Made by a program: the position numbers and the translations under genes. The notes beneath the pieces were generated by a model. That model saw only the letters and a program-made list of their open reading frames with translations. It did not search any database and was not told the origin of the DNA. Positions 37,266 to 46,441 of a stretch of 64,000 bases of DNA are shown one piece after another; the first letter of the stretch is position 1, and each line of letters begins with the position of its first letter. Where the stretch lies: the IMG/VR virus record IMGVR_UViG_3300042923_000474, positions 124,001-188,000 of that record; one strand, written 5' to 3'.

Positions 37266-37709
37266 ATGCAAAACTTCAACGTTAACACTCTGACCATCCT
37301 CGCCGCCCTGCAAGCTGAAGGCTTCAACGCTCGCCTGGAAAAAGAAGGCGCTTCCAACAAGAAGCACCAACTGCTGGGCGTGGTGGTCTGCTTCGTCGAT
37401 AACGCTGAGCAGTATGTCTGCCCGGCCTACACCGACCTGGCAACGTTTGAACTGAACCCAATCCGTCTGCGTGAAGGCAAACTGATCGTGGGCTCTAGCT
37501 CTGTCGGCACTGCTGACAGCGGTGGTCACAAGTGGTTCGAGTCGATCGCCAAAGACTTCAAAGGTGAACTGTTCCCAGTTTCCCTGGAGCCTGTAACCGA
37601 GGAGTACACTCCTCAACCAATCATCGAGCCAGTCGTGCCGGTGGTGTCCAAAGCTGAAGCTGCGGCCAACGCTTCTGAAGCTGTAAACGCTACCCCAGCG
37701 GCTGCTTGA
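37266..37709 (+). CDS. Hypothetical protein (Y-x-CPA domain)
   Basis: AAGGA RBS; followed by hairpin-TTATGCCC at 37716-37749. Confidence 0.8.
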   Translation: MQNFNVNTLTILAALQAEGFNARLEKEGASNKKHQLLGVVVCFVDNAEQYVCPAYTDLATFELNPIRLREGKLIVGSSSVGTADSGGHKWFESIAKDFKGELFPVSLEPVTEEYTPQPIIEPVVPVVSKAEAAANASEAVNATPAAA

Positions 37710-37804
37710 TGTACAGGGCCTTCCTTCGGGAGGGCCCGCTCTTATGCCCATTCATTTCGAGTGTGCATAAAAGTCTAATCACCAGGTCCTAAGGAGGACT
37801 AGCA

Positions 37805-38923
37805 ATGCGTACACTTAAAGATTACACCGCAGAACAAATCGCTGCTGCCAAAACGTGGATGTCGAATGAGTTGGAGGCGATGTCTGAAGCCAACTACGAC
37901 AAGACCCTGCTGCAGGTGCTGGAATTCCACCACCCAACTGGTCACGTGGAAGACATCCAGCCTGTTGTGATGGCTGCTCCTAAGCCGCTGGAAGGCGAGT
38001 TCCAACAGGGTGAAGAACCTGTGCTGGAAATCTACGGCAAAGAGGATGAAGTCAAGGCCATGCCTGAATTCAGCCAGTCGGGTCCTAAGGAGTTCGAGGA
38101 CAAGGTGGTTCAGCGCCTCATGCTGGCCATGGCTCGTGGTGAAATCAAGCTGGAACTCGATGGCACTCCTGAAGGCAAAGCTCGGGACGCCAAGGTGGTC
38201 AAAGATTACCTGACCCGCAATGCCGCGTACTACCCTCACGAATCCCGTGACGAGTGGTTGCGTGAGAACGGTGGCGTTTCCTCGGATGGCAAGGGCACTT
38301 TGTGGTTTGAATACCCAGGCGATGGCATGAGCGACATCAACCCACCTCGTCCTACCGAACAACACGGGGCTGAATTGGCTGCTCGTTTGGCCAATCAAAA
38401 GTTCCCACTCGACCGTTTCGGTAAACCGGGTAAGGGTGTCGAGGTGACTGTTCATCCCGATCACCTGGTCATGTTGGACAAGCCAGTCTACGTCGAGATA
38501 GACATCTCCAAGCTGGCAGAAGGTGACAGCTACATAACGCCGGACGGCAAGACCTACACCAAGGTGCATGGTCGTATGGTGCCAGCAGACGCCGTGCAGA
38601 CCGCCCTGTCGTCAATTCACCTGGACCGTCCTACCTCCGCTGCTCGTCAGCAAATGCATGAAGGGTCCCGTGCTCAACAGGACCTGACCAAGCCTGCTGG
38701 TCCAACCATTACCACCGGCATGGAGATCTTCATGGACCCGATGTCGATCGCTAAGCGGTTGGTGGGTCCGTGGGATGGTCCGGGCTGGGACAAGGGCATG
38801 GATGAAAAGGTGCGTCAGGAACGTTTGGAGTTGTTCGAGACCTACTTCGCCAATCGTCATCCTGATCTGTCCCGCGGTAAAGATGTAAAGCTGCACATCG
38901 TCCCTGTAAAGAAAGACGATTAA
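37805..38923 (+). CDS. Hypothetical protein
   Basis: Strong SD, 372 aa. Confidence 0.8.
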   Translation: MRTLKDYTAEQIAAAKTWMSNELEAMSEANYDKTLLQVLEFHHPTGHVEDIQPVVMAAPKPLEGEFQQGEEPVLEIYGKEDEVKAMPEFSQSGPKEFEDKVVQRLMLAMARGEIKLELDGTPEGKARDAKVVKDYLTRNAAYYPHESRDEWLRENGGVSSDGKGTLWFEYPGDGMSDINPPRPTEQHGAELAARLANQKFPLDRFGKPGKGVEVTVHPDHLVMLDKPVYVEIDISKLAEGDSYITPDGKTYTKVHGRMVPADAVQTALSSIHLDRPTSAARQQMHEGSRAQQDLTKPAGPTITTGMEIFMDPMSIAKRLVGPWDGPGWDKGMDEKVRQERLELFETYFANRHPDLSRGKDVKLHIVPVKKDD

Positions 38924-38955
38924 TCAACACATACCCACGTCCTAAGGAGGACAAG

Positions 38956-39825
38956 ATGTCTAAAGAACAACGTGCACTGATCGATTCCCTGACCCCAGAG
39001 AATCGCAACATCCTGCTACTCTTGCAAATGCGCATGGGTTGCTACATGGATGGTGAGATTGAGTTCTGTAGGCGAGTGAATGTTATCCGCAACAATGGGG
39101 TCGAATACCTGTGCCCGGCTCGTAACCCTTCGATCTATAAAGGGATCGCCACTCAGCCGCTCGTACTCAATGCCTTCGGAGAGATCATTCTGGCTAATGA
39201 GACTGTGACCATCGGTGGTGCCCCTGTGTATGTCGGTTCGCTGGACATCATGGTGGGTGCCGCTGAGTTGCAAGAAGGCATGCGCCGTAACTCGGTAGAG
39301 CGTCGTAAGGTTGCGTCCACTCCGTTGATGGGTGGTCGTCGCATTACGGATGGGCCGGGTGTTAACCCGTTGTCACAGTTGGGAGAGGGCATCGAACTTC
39401 CAGTAGGTGGTCGAGATGCTCGTAAGTTCCGCAATGTTACCGTTGGCGAAATGGACCCTCTTCCAGATCGCTCTGACGTAGTGATCTCCCTGGATCGTCA
39501 TCGACCACTTCGCCAGAGTCCTATTCGGATTCATGGCGAGTCTGAGATCAACACTGAACGCTTAGGGCTTAATCTGAACCCAGAAGTGTTGGCGTCCATT
39601 AACAGCTTCATCGGTGAAGAATCTCGCAGTGCCTCGGCATCGCTGGCAAAGAACATGATGCCGCTGAGCGATTCGGAATACTTCAATCGCAAGATGCAGC
39701 TCCCTGGCTACACCCCACCTAAGTTCAGCTTCTGGACTCGGATGGGTTGGAAGTGGGAAAGCTTCAAGGAACGTGTGGCAGAAAGCCGTGTTGGCCAGTT
39801 CTTCCGCAATCTGTTTAATCGTTAA
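38956..39825 (+). CDS. Hypothetical protein (N-terminal Y-x-CPA domain, amphipathic C-terminus)
   Basis: Strong SD, 289 aa. Confidence 0.8.
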   Translation: MSKEQRALIDSLTPENRNILLLLQMRMGCYMDGEIEFCRRVNVIRNNGVEYLCPARNPSIYKGIATQPLVLNAFGEIILANETVTIGGAPVYVGSLDIMVGAAELQEGMRRNSVERRKVASTPLMGGRRITDGPGVNPLSQLGEGIELPVGGRDARKFRNVTVGEMDPLPDRSDVVISLDRHRPLRQSPIRIHGESEINTERLGLNLNPEVLASINSFIGEESRSASASLAKNMMPLSDSEYFNRKMQLPGYTPPKFSFWTRMGWKWESFKERVAESRVGQFFRNLFNR

Positions 39826-39852
39826 TTATTCCCAAGTCCTAAGGAGGACACA

Positions 39853-40050
39853 ATGGTTTCTGTTAAAGGTATCGCTACTCTGGTTCTCGGCATGGTTGTG
39901 GGTGGTGTGATTGTGAGCAACTCGACACTGATCCAAGGTAAGCCTGCGGTTACTCCGGCTGAAGAAGTTGTCACCGGTCACCGCGTTTCCCCTCTGGGTC
40001 AAGAGATGCTCACCTACAAAGGTGCGCGTACTCAGATCGTTGCACTCTAA
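39853..40050 (+). CDS. Small protein with an N-terminal TM/signal segment
   Basis: Strong SD; GIATLVLGMVVGGVIV. Confidence 0.75.
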   Translation: MVSVKGIATLVLGMVVGGVIVSNSTLIQGKPAVTPAEEVVTGHRVSPLGQEMLTYKGARTQIVAL

Positions 40051-40074
40051 TCACTTACTACCCGGAGAGATACC

Positions 40075-40473
40075 ATGGACCTGTTTGACGTAGTAGAAGT
40101 TGCAGCCACCACTCGCCGCATGAAATTCCAAGACGACTGGTTTACCGGTTGCTGTGGCATGCAAGCGTTTGCGCATGCAGTAATTCCAGATACAGTACCG
40201 GGTGATGTCCTCTTCACCCACGCACCTAGCGGCAACCGTACCATTGCTGTGGTAACGCCGCTGGGCAATGTGATCCTGCAGGAGATGGAGCGCGATGCGC
40301 GCCAAGTGCTCCTGTGGTCCACCAAACTCTTGGAGGGTTTGTGGGGCAAGGGTCTCATCCCTGAAGATCAGCTGGAATCCCTGCTTGGTCTTTGGGGGAA
40401 AGATAACGTTGGCATTCGCATTCAGCAGATGCTCAACCAGCAAACCAACATCCATGAAACCAAAGGAGGTTGA
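40075..40473 (+). CDS. Hypothetical protein
   Basis: GGAG RBS, 132 aa. Confidence 0.7.
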   Translation: MDLFDVVEVAATTRRMKFQDDWFTGCCGMQAFAHAVIPDTVPGDVLFTHAPSGNRTIAVVTPLGNVILQEMERDARQVLLWSTKLLEGLWGKGLIPEDQLESLLGLWGKDNVGIRIQQMLNQQTNIHETKGG

Positions 40474-40474
40474 C

Positions 40475-40822
40475 ATGGTCAGCAACAACACAGCAGTCCT
40501 TTATATTCGCAACCCCGATGAGAACTCCCGCGAACGCCACATCGCTGTCGATGACGATCCCAAGTGGATCGCCAAAGTCAAGTACGTCCTCGACAACGGC
40601 GCTGAGTATGCAGATCTTGTAGGTCCGCTGCTCGTGGCCCACGACGTACCGGGTGGCGGTCGCATGATGTTCTACCCGCTGCCGTACATCTTCCGCAGTG
40701 AGCGTGAGCGTGCAGCAGCGGCTGCTCGCCATGGCAAAACCCCACCGCCTGAATCCTGGGTTCAGCGGAAGGTTCGTGTACTGCAGAAAGTGTTTGGTCG
40801 TCAAGACCCACAGGCCGCCTAA
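40475..40822 (+). CDS. Hypothetical protein
   Basis: AAGGAGGT RBS before ATG 40475. Confidence 0.75.
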   Translation: MVSNNTAVLYIRNPDENSRERHIAVDDDPKWIAKVKYVLDNGAEYADLVGPLLVAHDVPGGGRMMFYPLPYIFRSERERAAAAARHGKTPPPESWVQRKVRVLQKVFGRQDPQAA

Positions 40823-40862
40823 ATCTTAAGGCGGCGCATTCCCCATGTCCTAAGGAGGACAA

Positions 40863-41234
40863 GTGATGAAGTCGATCCGTGAAAACGTAATGGAAACGAA
40901 ACTCCACCATACCGAACGTACAGTTGTAGACGGCATGGTGTTGGCACATGGCTTGTTGGGTTCGTGCAGAGCCTGGCAGCAAGATGCCATTCAACAAGGT
41001 GATGTCGGGGAGACGCATACGCGCCTGCTGCATGACCTTGCTTTTCTGTTGCACTGCATGCCTAAGGAAGAAGCCAACGCAACGCTCACCAATCTGGAGA
41101 GTCATGGTTTCTTGGTTGGGTGTGAGCAGGAGACTTCTCGTGTAGCCATTGCGTGTGATGGTCACCAGTTGTCCGCTGTCATTACCCGCGAGCAGGCGCT
41201 GGCGTACCACACAAACAATCTCACCACTCACTGA
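40863..41234 (+). CDS. Hypothetical protein
   Basis: SD hairpin upstream; start GTG 40863 or ATG 40866. Confidence 0.7.
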   Translation: MMKSIRENVMETKLHHTERTVVDGMVLAHGLLGSCRAWQQDAIQQGDVGETHTRLLHDLAFLLHCMPKEEANATLTNLESHGFLVGCEQETSRVAIACDGHQLSAVITREQALAYHTNNLTTH

Positions 41235-41251
41235 CCCGATAAGGAGGACGC

Positions 41252-41749
41252 ATGAACAAGCTTGTAGATGTAACGTCCTCCATCATCGCGCAACATTACG
41301 GCCTTGCCTGGCATGGACACTCACTGACTCTCAAGCGATGGGGGTCAGTGGGTTGCCTGTCCAGTTTATTTTTTGTCTCCGTGTTCGATGGTTTGGTTTT
41401 AGTGGACCGTGTCAATGTGTCAGCCGAAGAGCAAGGGATGCGTCTTAAGCTCCCAAGCTTTCACATCTCCCCTCGGATGATCAATCAGATCTCAGGCAAT
41501 GTTCACCGCGTTTGGTATCTGGTAGCTGATGGGGAATTGTTCTGGATCAAAGACCGTGACTTCGATCGGTTGCTGCACCGCGTCAGGATTACCATTGTGG
41601 GGGATGACATGAATCACTTTGAACAGGACGTCATCGGTCCTGACATCGAGATTCGACAAGACTACATTCCGGGGCGTGGCAGACAACGTCGCGATTACTG
41701 GAAGAACCACCTCAATCGAAAACCCAGACCCGTCCTAGTGGCGTCATAA
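41252..41749 (+). CDS. Hypothetical protein
   Basis: TAAGGAGG RBS; followed by a terminator at 41745-41796. Confidence 0.7.
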   Translation: MNKLVDVTSSIIAQHYGLAWHGHSLTLKRWGSVGCLSSLFFVSVFDGLVLVDRVNVSAEEQGMRLKLPSFHISPRMINQISGNVHRVWYLVADGELFWIKDRDFDRLLHRVRITIVGDDMNHFEQDVIGPDIEIRQDYIPGRGRQRRDYWKNHLNRKPRPVLVAS

Positions 41750-41881
41750 ACCCTCTCCCATTACGGGAGAGGGGATCTATGCTGTCTTTTTTTTTTGTGT
41801 CGTGGTGGCTCATTGATGCCAGTTTTGCTTGGGTTAATCTATGTAGTACCTTGTTAATCCCCTTATGTACGGAGTTTACCC

Positions 41882-42271
41882 ATGCCTCTAGCATTGGTTG
41901 AACGCATCGAGTCAACGAATCAATCCAGGTTTGTTCTGGACGGCAGAGGTCCCTCTGCTGCTCAGTATTGGGGCGACTATCGTGGTCTTGAGGCCATGCT
42001 CTCTGAACGGCATAGCACGGCGCTGTACATGGCGCACGCTGCTAAGGAAAGGGGTGAACTAGACAGGAAGTTCTCGACCGACATTCCCCAACGTGTCCTG
42101 AACGACTACATTGTCCAAGCACCCTCGATTCTGCGCAAGCTGGACAGAGATATCAAAAACATCATTGATGCAGGAGGAGCCGACGCCATAGTGTACTTGA
42201 AAACACTATCCACGGTGAGAGGCGCGTTGACGGAAACGATCACGCACTTTGGCCGTATCGTAGGAACCTGA
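41882..42271 (+). CDS. Hypothetical protein
   Basis: GGAG RBS, 129 aa. Confidence 0.65.
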   Translation: MPLALVERIESTNQSRFVLDGRGPSAAQYWGDYRGLEAMLSERHSTALYMAHAAKERGELDRKFSTDIPQRVLNDYIVQAPSILRKLDRDIKNIIDAGGADAIVYLKTLSTVRGALTETITHFGRIVGT

Positions 42272-42273
42272 CC

Positions 42274-42720
42274 ATGACTGTACTTGTCACTTATCAAAGC
42301 GTGTTCGACGCCCAAGCACAAGCGTTGGTCGTCACGGTGAACTGTGTCGGTGTGATGGGTAAAGGGGTTGCAGAGATTTGCAAACGCCGTTATCCGTTGG
42401 TGTTCATCGACTATGTACGCCGGTGTAGAAGTGGCAAGGTTAAACCTGGTCGCATCAGCAACGAGGATTGTTACCAATTACCTGATGGGCGATACATCAT
42501 CCTGTTCCCCACCAAGAATCATTGGCGACGTAATACTGAAGCCTGTTGGGTTGAGACTGGCCTAGCGGATCTTCTGCTCCACTGCCACCGTCTGAGCCTA
42601 GACGACGTGGCACTTCCTCCCCCTGGCTGCGGTAATGGCGGCTTGGAACTGACCGAGGTACAGCCGATGATCGACCTCATGTTTGAGGACGAAGACATTG
42701 AAGTTACCTTATGTATATAG
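42274..42720 (+). CDS. Macrodomain ADP-ribosyl-glycohydrolase (DarG/TARG1-like)
   Basis: VNCVGVMGKGVA, LFPTKNHWR, ALPPPGCGNGGL. Confidence 0.88.
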   Translation: MTVLVTYQSVFDAQAQALVVTVNCVGVMGKGVAEICKRRYPLVFIDYVRRCRSGKVKPGRISNEDCYQLPDGRYIILFPTKNHWRRNTEACWVETGLADLLLHCHRLSLDDVALPPPGCGNGGLELTEVQPMIDLMFEDEDIEVTLCI

Positions 42721-42989
42721 ACGCGTTGCTGCGGCTAGATCCTTACCCTGAGGAGTTGACCAGCGATCTGGGAATACCAGACATGGTTGGCGAGACGGGT
42801 GCGGCGGTGGGCTTTGTGTCCTTTCACCACCGCAAGTTGTACAAGGCTAGTTATCCCCCGATGGCTAGGTTGTGCAGCCTACAGAGCATGGGGGCGTCCC
42901 GCCCTTGCCCGCCCCACCCCCGTGCTCTGTGGGGTGCTTTCCTCATCGCACCAGTGTTTAGGCCGGCCTTCGGGTCGGCCTTTATGCCC
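42718..42989 (+). ncRNA. Candidate ~245-nt structured RNA followed by a terminator
   Basis: Nested helices found by eye (see findings); ORFs here lack RBSs and have poor composition. Confidence 0.35.
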
Positions 42990-43041
42990 ACACCCATTCT
43001 ATGCGACACCCCAGTCGTAGTTAACCCCAAAGGAGACACCC

Positions 43042-43560
43042 ATGAAAATTGATGTGGCCAAAACGGCACAGGAAAACCTGATCGCGCTGATCGTTGCCGC
43101 TAACCCCGGCAAAGAGTTGGCAGCCAATCAGTTCACCGCAGCCGCTCCTGTCGTCATCCCAGACGACGCTGGCCGCAACACCACCATCACTCTGTCCGCT
43201 GTTGTTGGTCAGGGCTACGGTGCTGGTGATGCGACCTTCAAATACACCCGTCTGTCCCTGGCTGGTGTGAACGTTACCCCTGTCACCAGCGTTCGCGTTG
43301 TTGACGGTGATGACGAGGCTGCTACCCTGACCAAAGTGCTCGCTGCTACCGGCATTCTGGCCAGCGAAGTTGATGCGTCGGATTACAACGCACCGACCGA
43401 TGATTCGGTTCCGGGCATGATCACTCTGACCCCGAAAGCAGGTTCCACCCTGTACGTCGGCGAAGAAGTGGTTATCGAACTGACCTGGGCCGCTGAAGCA
43501 GAGCCTACTCTGGGCGAAACCTTCACCGTGACCGATCTGGACGGCTTCGAACCCGCCTAA
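43042..43560 (+). CDS. Virion fibre/decoration paralogue (Y-x-R-x-x-L family)
   Basis: RNTTITL...FKYTRLSL...; C-terminal PTLGETFTVTDLDGFEPA. Confidence 0.75.
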   Translation: MKIDVAKTAQENLIALIVAANPGKELAANQFTAAAPVVIPDDAGRNTTITLSAVVGQGYGAGDATFKYTRLSLAGVNVTPVTSVRVVDGDDEAATLTKVLAATGILASEVDASDYNAPTDDSVPGMITLTPKAGSTLYVGEEVVIELTWAAEAEPTLGETFTVTDLDGFEPA

Positions 43561-43573
43561 GTCGTAATTGCGA

Positions 43574-43610
43574 CATAAACCCCCGGCCTGTTGAGGGCCG
43601 GGGGTTTATG
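43574..43610. terminator. Perfect bidirectional CATAAA-hairpin-TTTATG element
   Basis: CATAAACCCCCGGCC-TGTTGAG-GGCCGGGGGTTTATG, a 15-bp perfect inverted repeat between convergent genes. Confidence 0.85.
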
Positions 43611-43611
43611 C

Positions 43612-44292
43612 TCACGCTGGTTCAAACCCGTTAAGGTTCTTGACATCAAACACATCAGCCAAAGTCGGCAGCGACCCCATCGAGACGAAACTACCCGCCA
43701 CGAAGAAGTAGCTGTCCTTGTTGGCAACCAGATAGATCGTGTTGGCTGTAACCTTACACTTGGTCAGGTCAAAGTCAGCATCTTCTACCAGAATGCCTTT
43801 GGCACGGATTGCAGCGATCACCGCAGCAACGTTGGCGTAGTCCTTAGGTACCAGTTTCAGTGCAGCCAACACGTTGATGTAACGACGGTTGTAAACAACT
43901 TGCACCGGTACACGGTAGGCACTGGTTTCTGTGGGGGAGATGGTCACAGTGGTTTGAGCACCGGAGCCATTCGCCACGGGTTTACCAATGGTCAGCGTGT
44001 TCCAGTCTGGCTGCACCGTCATCTTGCGAGCGGTCATGGTCTTGAAGTTATCCAAGCCCGTGATGTCAAACGGCAATGTAACAAAGCCATCAGCCACCTG
44101 GGAAACCAGAACCCGGACACCTTGAAGCTTGGCGAGGGGTATCACGTTCTGGGCAACCAACATCCGCGCTTGGGCAACCCGCACCTGAGGATTGGGCTGT
44201 TCGATCACAATCCCTTGGATCGAGAACAGGTCCGTCCCTATGCGGTCCTTTTCAATGACCACACCTTGCAATGTAAACAGATCAGTATCCAT
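43612..44292 (-). CDS. Virion fibre paralogue with four N-terminal ~17-aa repeats
   Basis: TDLFTLQGVVIE / TDLFSIQGIVIE / VRVAQARMLVAQ / AKLQGVRVLVSQ; YNRR; tail LADVFDVKNLNGFEPA. Confidence 0.75.
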   Translation of the reverse strand: MDTDLFTLQGVVIEKDRIGTDLFSIQGIVIEQPNPQVRVAQARMLVAQNVIPLAKLQGVRVLVSQVADGFVTLPFDITGLDNFKTMTARKMTVQPDWNTLTIGKPVANGSGAQTTVTISPTETSAYRVPVQVVYNRRYINVLAALKLVPKDYANVAAVIAAIRAKGILVEDADFDLTKCKVTANTIYLVANKDSYFFVAGSFVSMGSLPTLADVFDVKNLNGFEPA

Positions 44293-44302
44293 GGCATTCC
44301 CC

Positions 44303-45352
44303 TTAACGTGCTAATACGGTAAGGGAAACCTCTAGCCCAGTAAGGGCTGTGGCAGGAAGGCTCTCATCGTTGGTATGAGAGTTGTTGGCCACAGCCAGTG
44401 CCGGGTTACCCAAAGACACTGTCGGGTTCAGCACCAAGTCACGAGTATCCTCATGCGTGCCTCGCACAACCTTGCCACCGAGGTTGGCAGGAATGCCCTG
44501 AGTATAGGACGCACGACTACGGAGCATGATGCCGTTGACGTTGGACTGAATCGGTAACACGTAGCCGTCCACTGGCTTGAGTTTCAGCACAGCGTTCGCA
44601 CCATTACCCACCACGTATTTACCAGCATCGGCAGCGTGATCCTTCCAACCCAGGACATTGGCAATGTTGGTGACGTCCCAGTTCTGGCTGGACACTACCT
44701 GCATTGGAACATCAGAAATGTCCTGAGGCCCCAAACGCCCGCTAGGAGTATCGTCGCCCATGTCTGCAGTGGCGTAAATGTCGGTGATGTACAAACGCTC
44801 CGTGCCAGAGACTGGGAAGCCTATCTGCCAGGTATTGGCAAGCAGTGCATTCACGTCGGTGCCATTGGTGATGGTGACCGTCACCATGAACCGGCCATCA
44901 ACGTAAACCGATACGGTTCGATCAGTGCGGTTGAACACCATCTCCACGTACCATTCGGTAATCAGCGCTGGCACCGTGTACGACGGATAAACTACAGCCC
45001 CCCGAAATAGAGGGATTGCCAATGCAGCCAAGGCACTGGCCTTGCGCTTGTAGCGAATGCCGATAACGAACGAATTAGCGGCCTGAGGGGTGAGGTGGGC
45101 GATATTCATCGCGAACTGGAAGAAGAGGTTGCTTGCACCGTTACCGGTACCGCCTCCCAACCAATACTTGTTACCCACCTTTTCTACGGCCAGGGCAAAG
45201 CTGTCCTGATAGGGACTCCAACTGGAGCCTGCGGTTATCGCAGGCAGTGCGCCAGGCAAGCCCAAGGACCCAGCGCCAGCAGCGGTAGCGATGCTGGACA
45301 ACTCAATGCCCGTTTGCACTCCGCTGAAGTTTTCGAGTTGTGTAATGGCCAT
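44303..45352 (-). CDS. Virion protein with a ConA/LamG-like beta-sandwich (putative receptor-binding)
   Basis: WYVEMVFN...VSVYVDG, ITDIY...RLGP. Confidence 0.65.
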   Translation of the reverse strand: MAITQLENFSGVQTGIELSSIATAAGAGSLGLPGALPAITAGSSWSPYQDSFALAVEKVGNKYWLGGGTGNGASNLFFQFAMNIAHLTPQAANSFVIGIRYKRKASALAALAIPLFRGAVVYPSYTVPALITEWYVEMVFNRTDRTVSVYVDGRFMVTVTITNGTDVNALLANTWQIGFPVSGTERLYITDIYATADMGDDTPSGRLGPQDISDVPMQVVSSQNWDVTNIANVLGWKDHAADAGKYVVGNGANAVLKLKPVDGYVLPIQSNVNGIMLRSRASYTQGIPANLGGKVVRGTHEDTRDLVLNPTVSLGNPALAVANNSHTNDESLPATALTGLEVSLTVLAR

Positions 45353-46431
45353 TATGCAGGGTCCTTCAGAGTGAGGCTGAAGTCAACCGAAGCCAAGGGC
45401 ACGTTCGCCGCCGCAAACTCGGTACGCGGACGTGTCCAGTTAACGACATCGGCAGTCGTAGTGTTGAAGTTGATGGCGGCAGCGTTGGTGTACTTGGTCC
45501 CATCCACGGTCTGAGAAACATCGACCACCGGAATCACGGTAGCCGCACGTCGACCGCCCATCAGGATACCTGCAGCCAAGACCTTGCCAGTGATACCGGC
45601 CATGTCCAACTTGAAGTTCACCGCACTGTTGGCGTCAGTCAACTTCACTGTACCAGCAGGCTTGGACCATGGACCACCTGAAGCGGTGTTGACCAGTGGT
45701 TGGTTCAAAATGGCCTGGGTAGCAGCAGCATCTTTGTTGGCACCTGCAACACTTGTAACGAGCACAGGAGCACGTTTGATGTTGACAGGACCCAGGCGCT
45801 TGGTGACACCTACGCCATCGTCCACAATAGCGTAAATGTCGCGGACTTTGAACTGGTCAGGACTGACCTTGGCCACACCCGCATTGGTCCACGGCGTGGC
45901 GTTCTTGAACATCACCCCGGTGGTCAGCAGACGGTTGTTGTAGATGTCGTTATAGAGCGGCCCAAAGGTGGTCGACATTACCAACTCCGCCACCAGTATT
46001 CCATCCTTGTAGTAGCGGACACGGTCGGTTGGGAAGTCGATCTCCAGTTCGAGGAAGACCTCCGGCGTACCTGTACCGCCCAGCAGCCCCAAGGACGGGT
46101 GGTTGGTCACCATCGGGTCGTTCAATGCCTGGGTAGACTGAAAGCGAAACAGCCCGTAGCCGGCGTTGTTGACGTTGCGGAAGCGAGCACCGAAGATGTA
46201 GACCTTGTTCTTCTCGAAAGTGAGTGATTGGATAAGTTGGCCACGGTACTCGCCCGCGCCATTGCCTTCCGCACCGCACATCCAACCCGCTTCATCAATG
46301 CAGGGTGGCTGGGTCCAGCTACCCGAGGTGTTATAGATGCCACCCACAATGGGGGCTAGGCCGAAACTCTTGAGATCGGCACCCCCGATAGAGCGCATGT
46401 TGTCAAAACAAAGAGCATACAAGAGACTCAT
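45352..46431 (-). CDS. Virion protein with a ConA/LamG-like beta-sandwich
   Basis: FLELEID...VRYYKDG, VRDIY...RLGP; AAGGAGG RBS before ATG 46431. Confidence 0.65.
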   Translation of the reverse strand: MSLLYALCFDNMRSIGGADLKSFGLAPIVGGIYNTSGSWTQPPCIDEAGWMCGAEGNGAGEYRGQLIQSLTFEKNKVYIFGARFRNVNNAGYGLFRFQSTQALNDPMVTNHPSLGLLGGTGTPEVFLELEIDFPTDRVRYYKDGILVAELVMSTTFGPLYNDIYNNRLLTTGVMFKNATPWTNAGVAKVSPDQFKVRDIYAIVDDGVGVTKRLGPVNIKRAPVLVTSVAGANKDAAATQAILNQPLVNTASGGPWSKPAGTVKLTDANSAVNFKLDMAGITGKVLAAGILMGGRRAATVIPVVDVSQTVDGTKYTNAAAINFNTTTADVVNWTRPRTEFAAANVPLASVDFSLTLKDPA

Positions 46432-46441
46432 GGTACCCTCC

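Larger units (their letters stand above)
35828..40861 (+). repeat. Six dispersed copies of the SD-containing hairpin GTYCT-AAGG-AGRAC
   Basis: Copies at 35828, 36783, 37786, 38939, 39836 and 40847, each 2-5 nt before a start codon. Confidence 0.85.
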
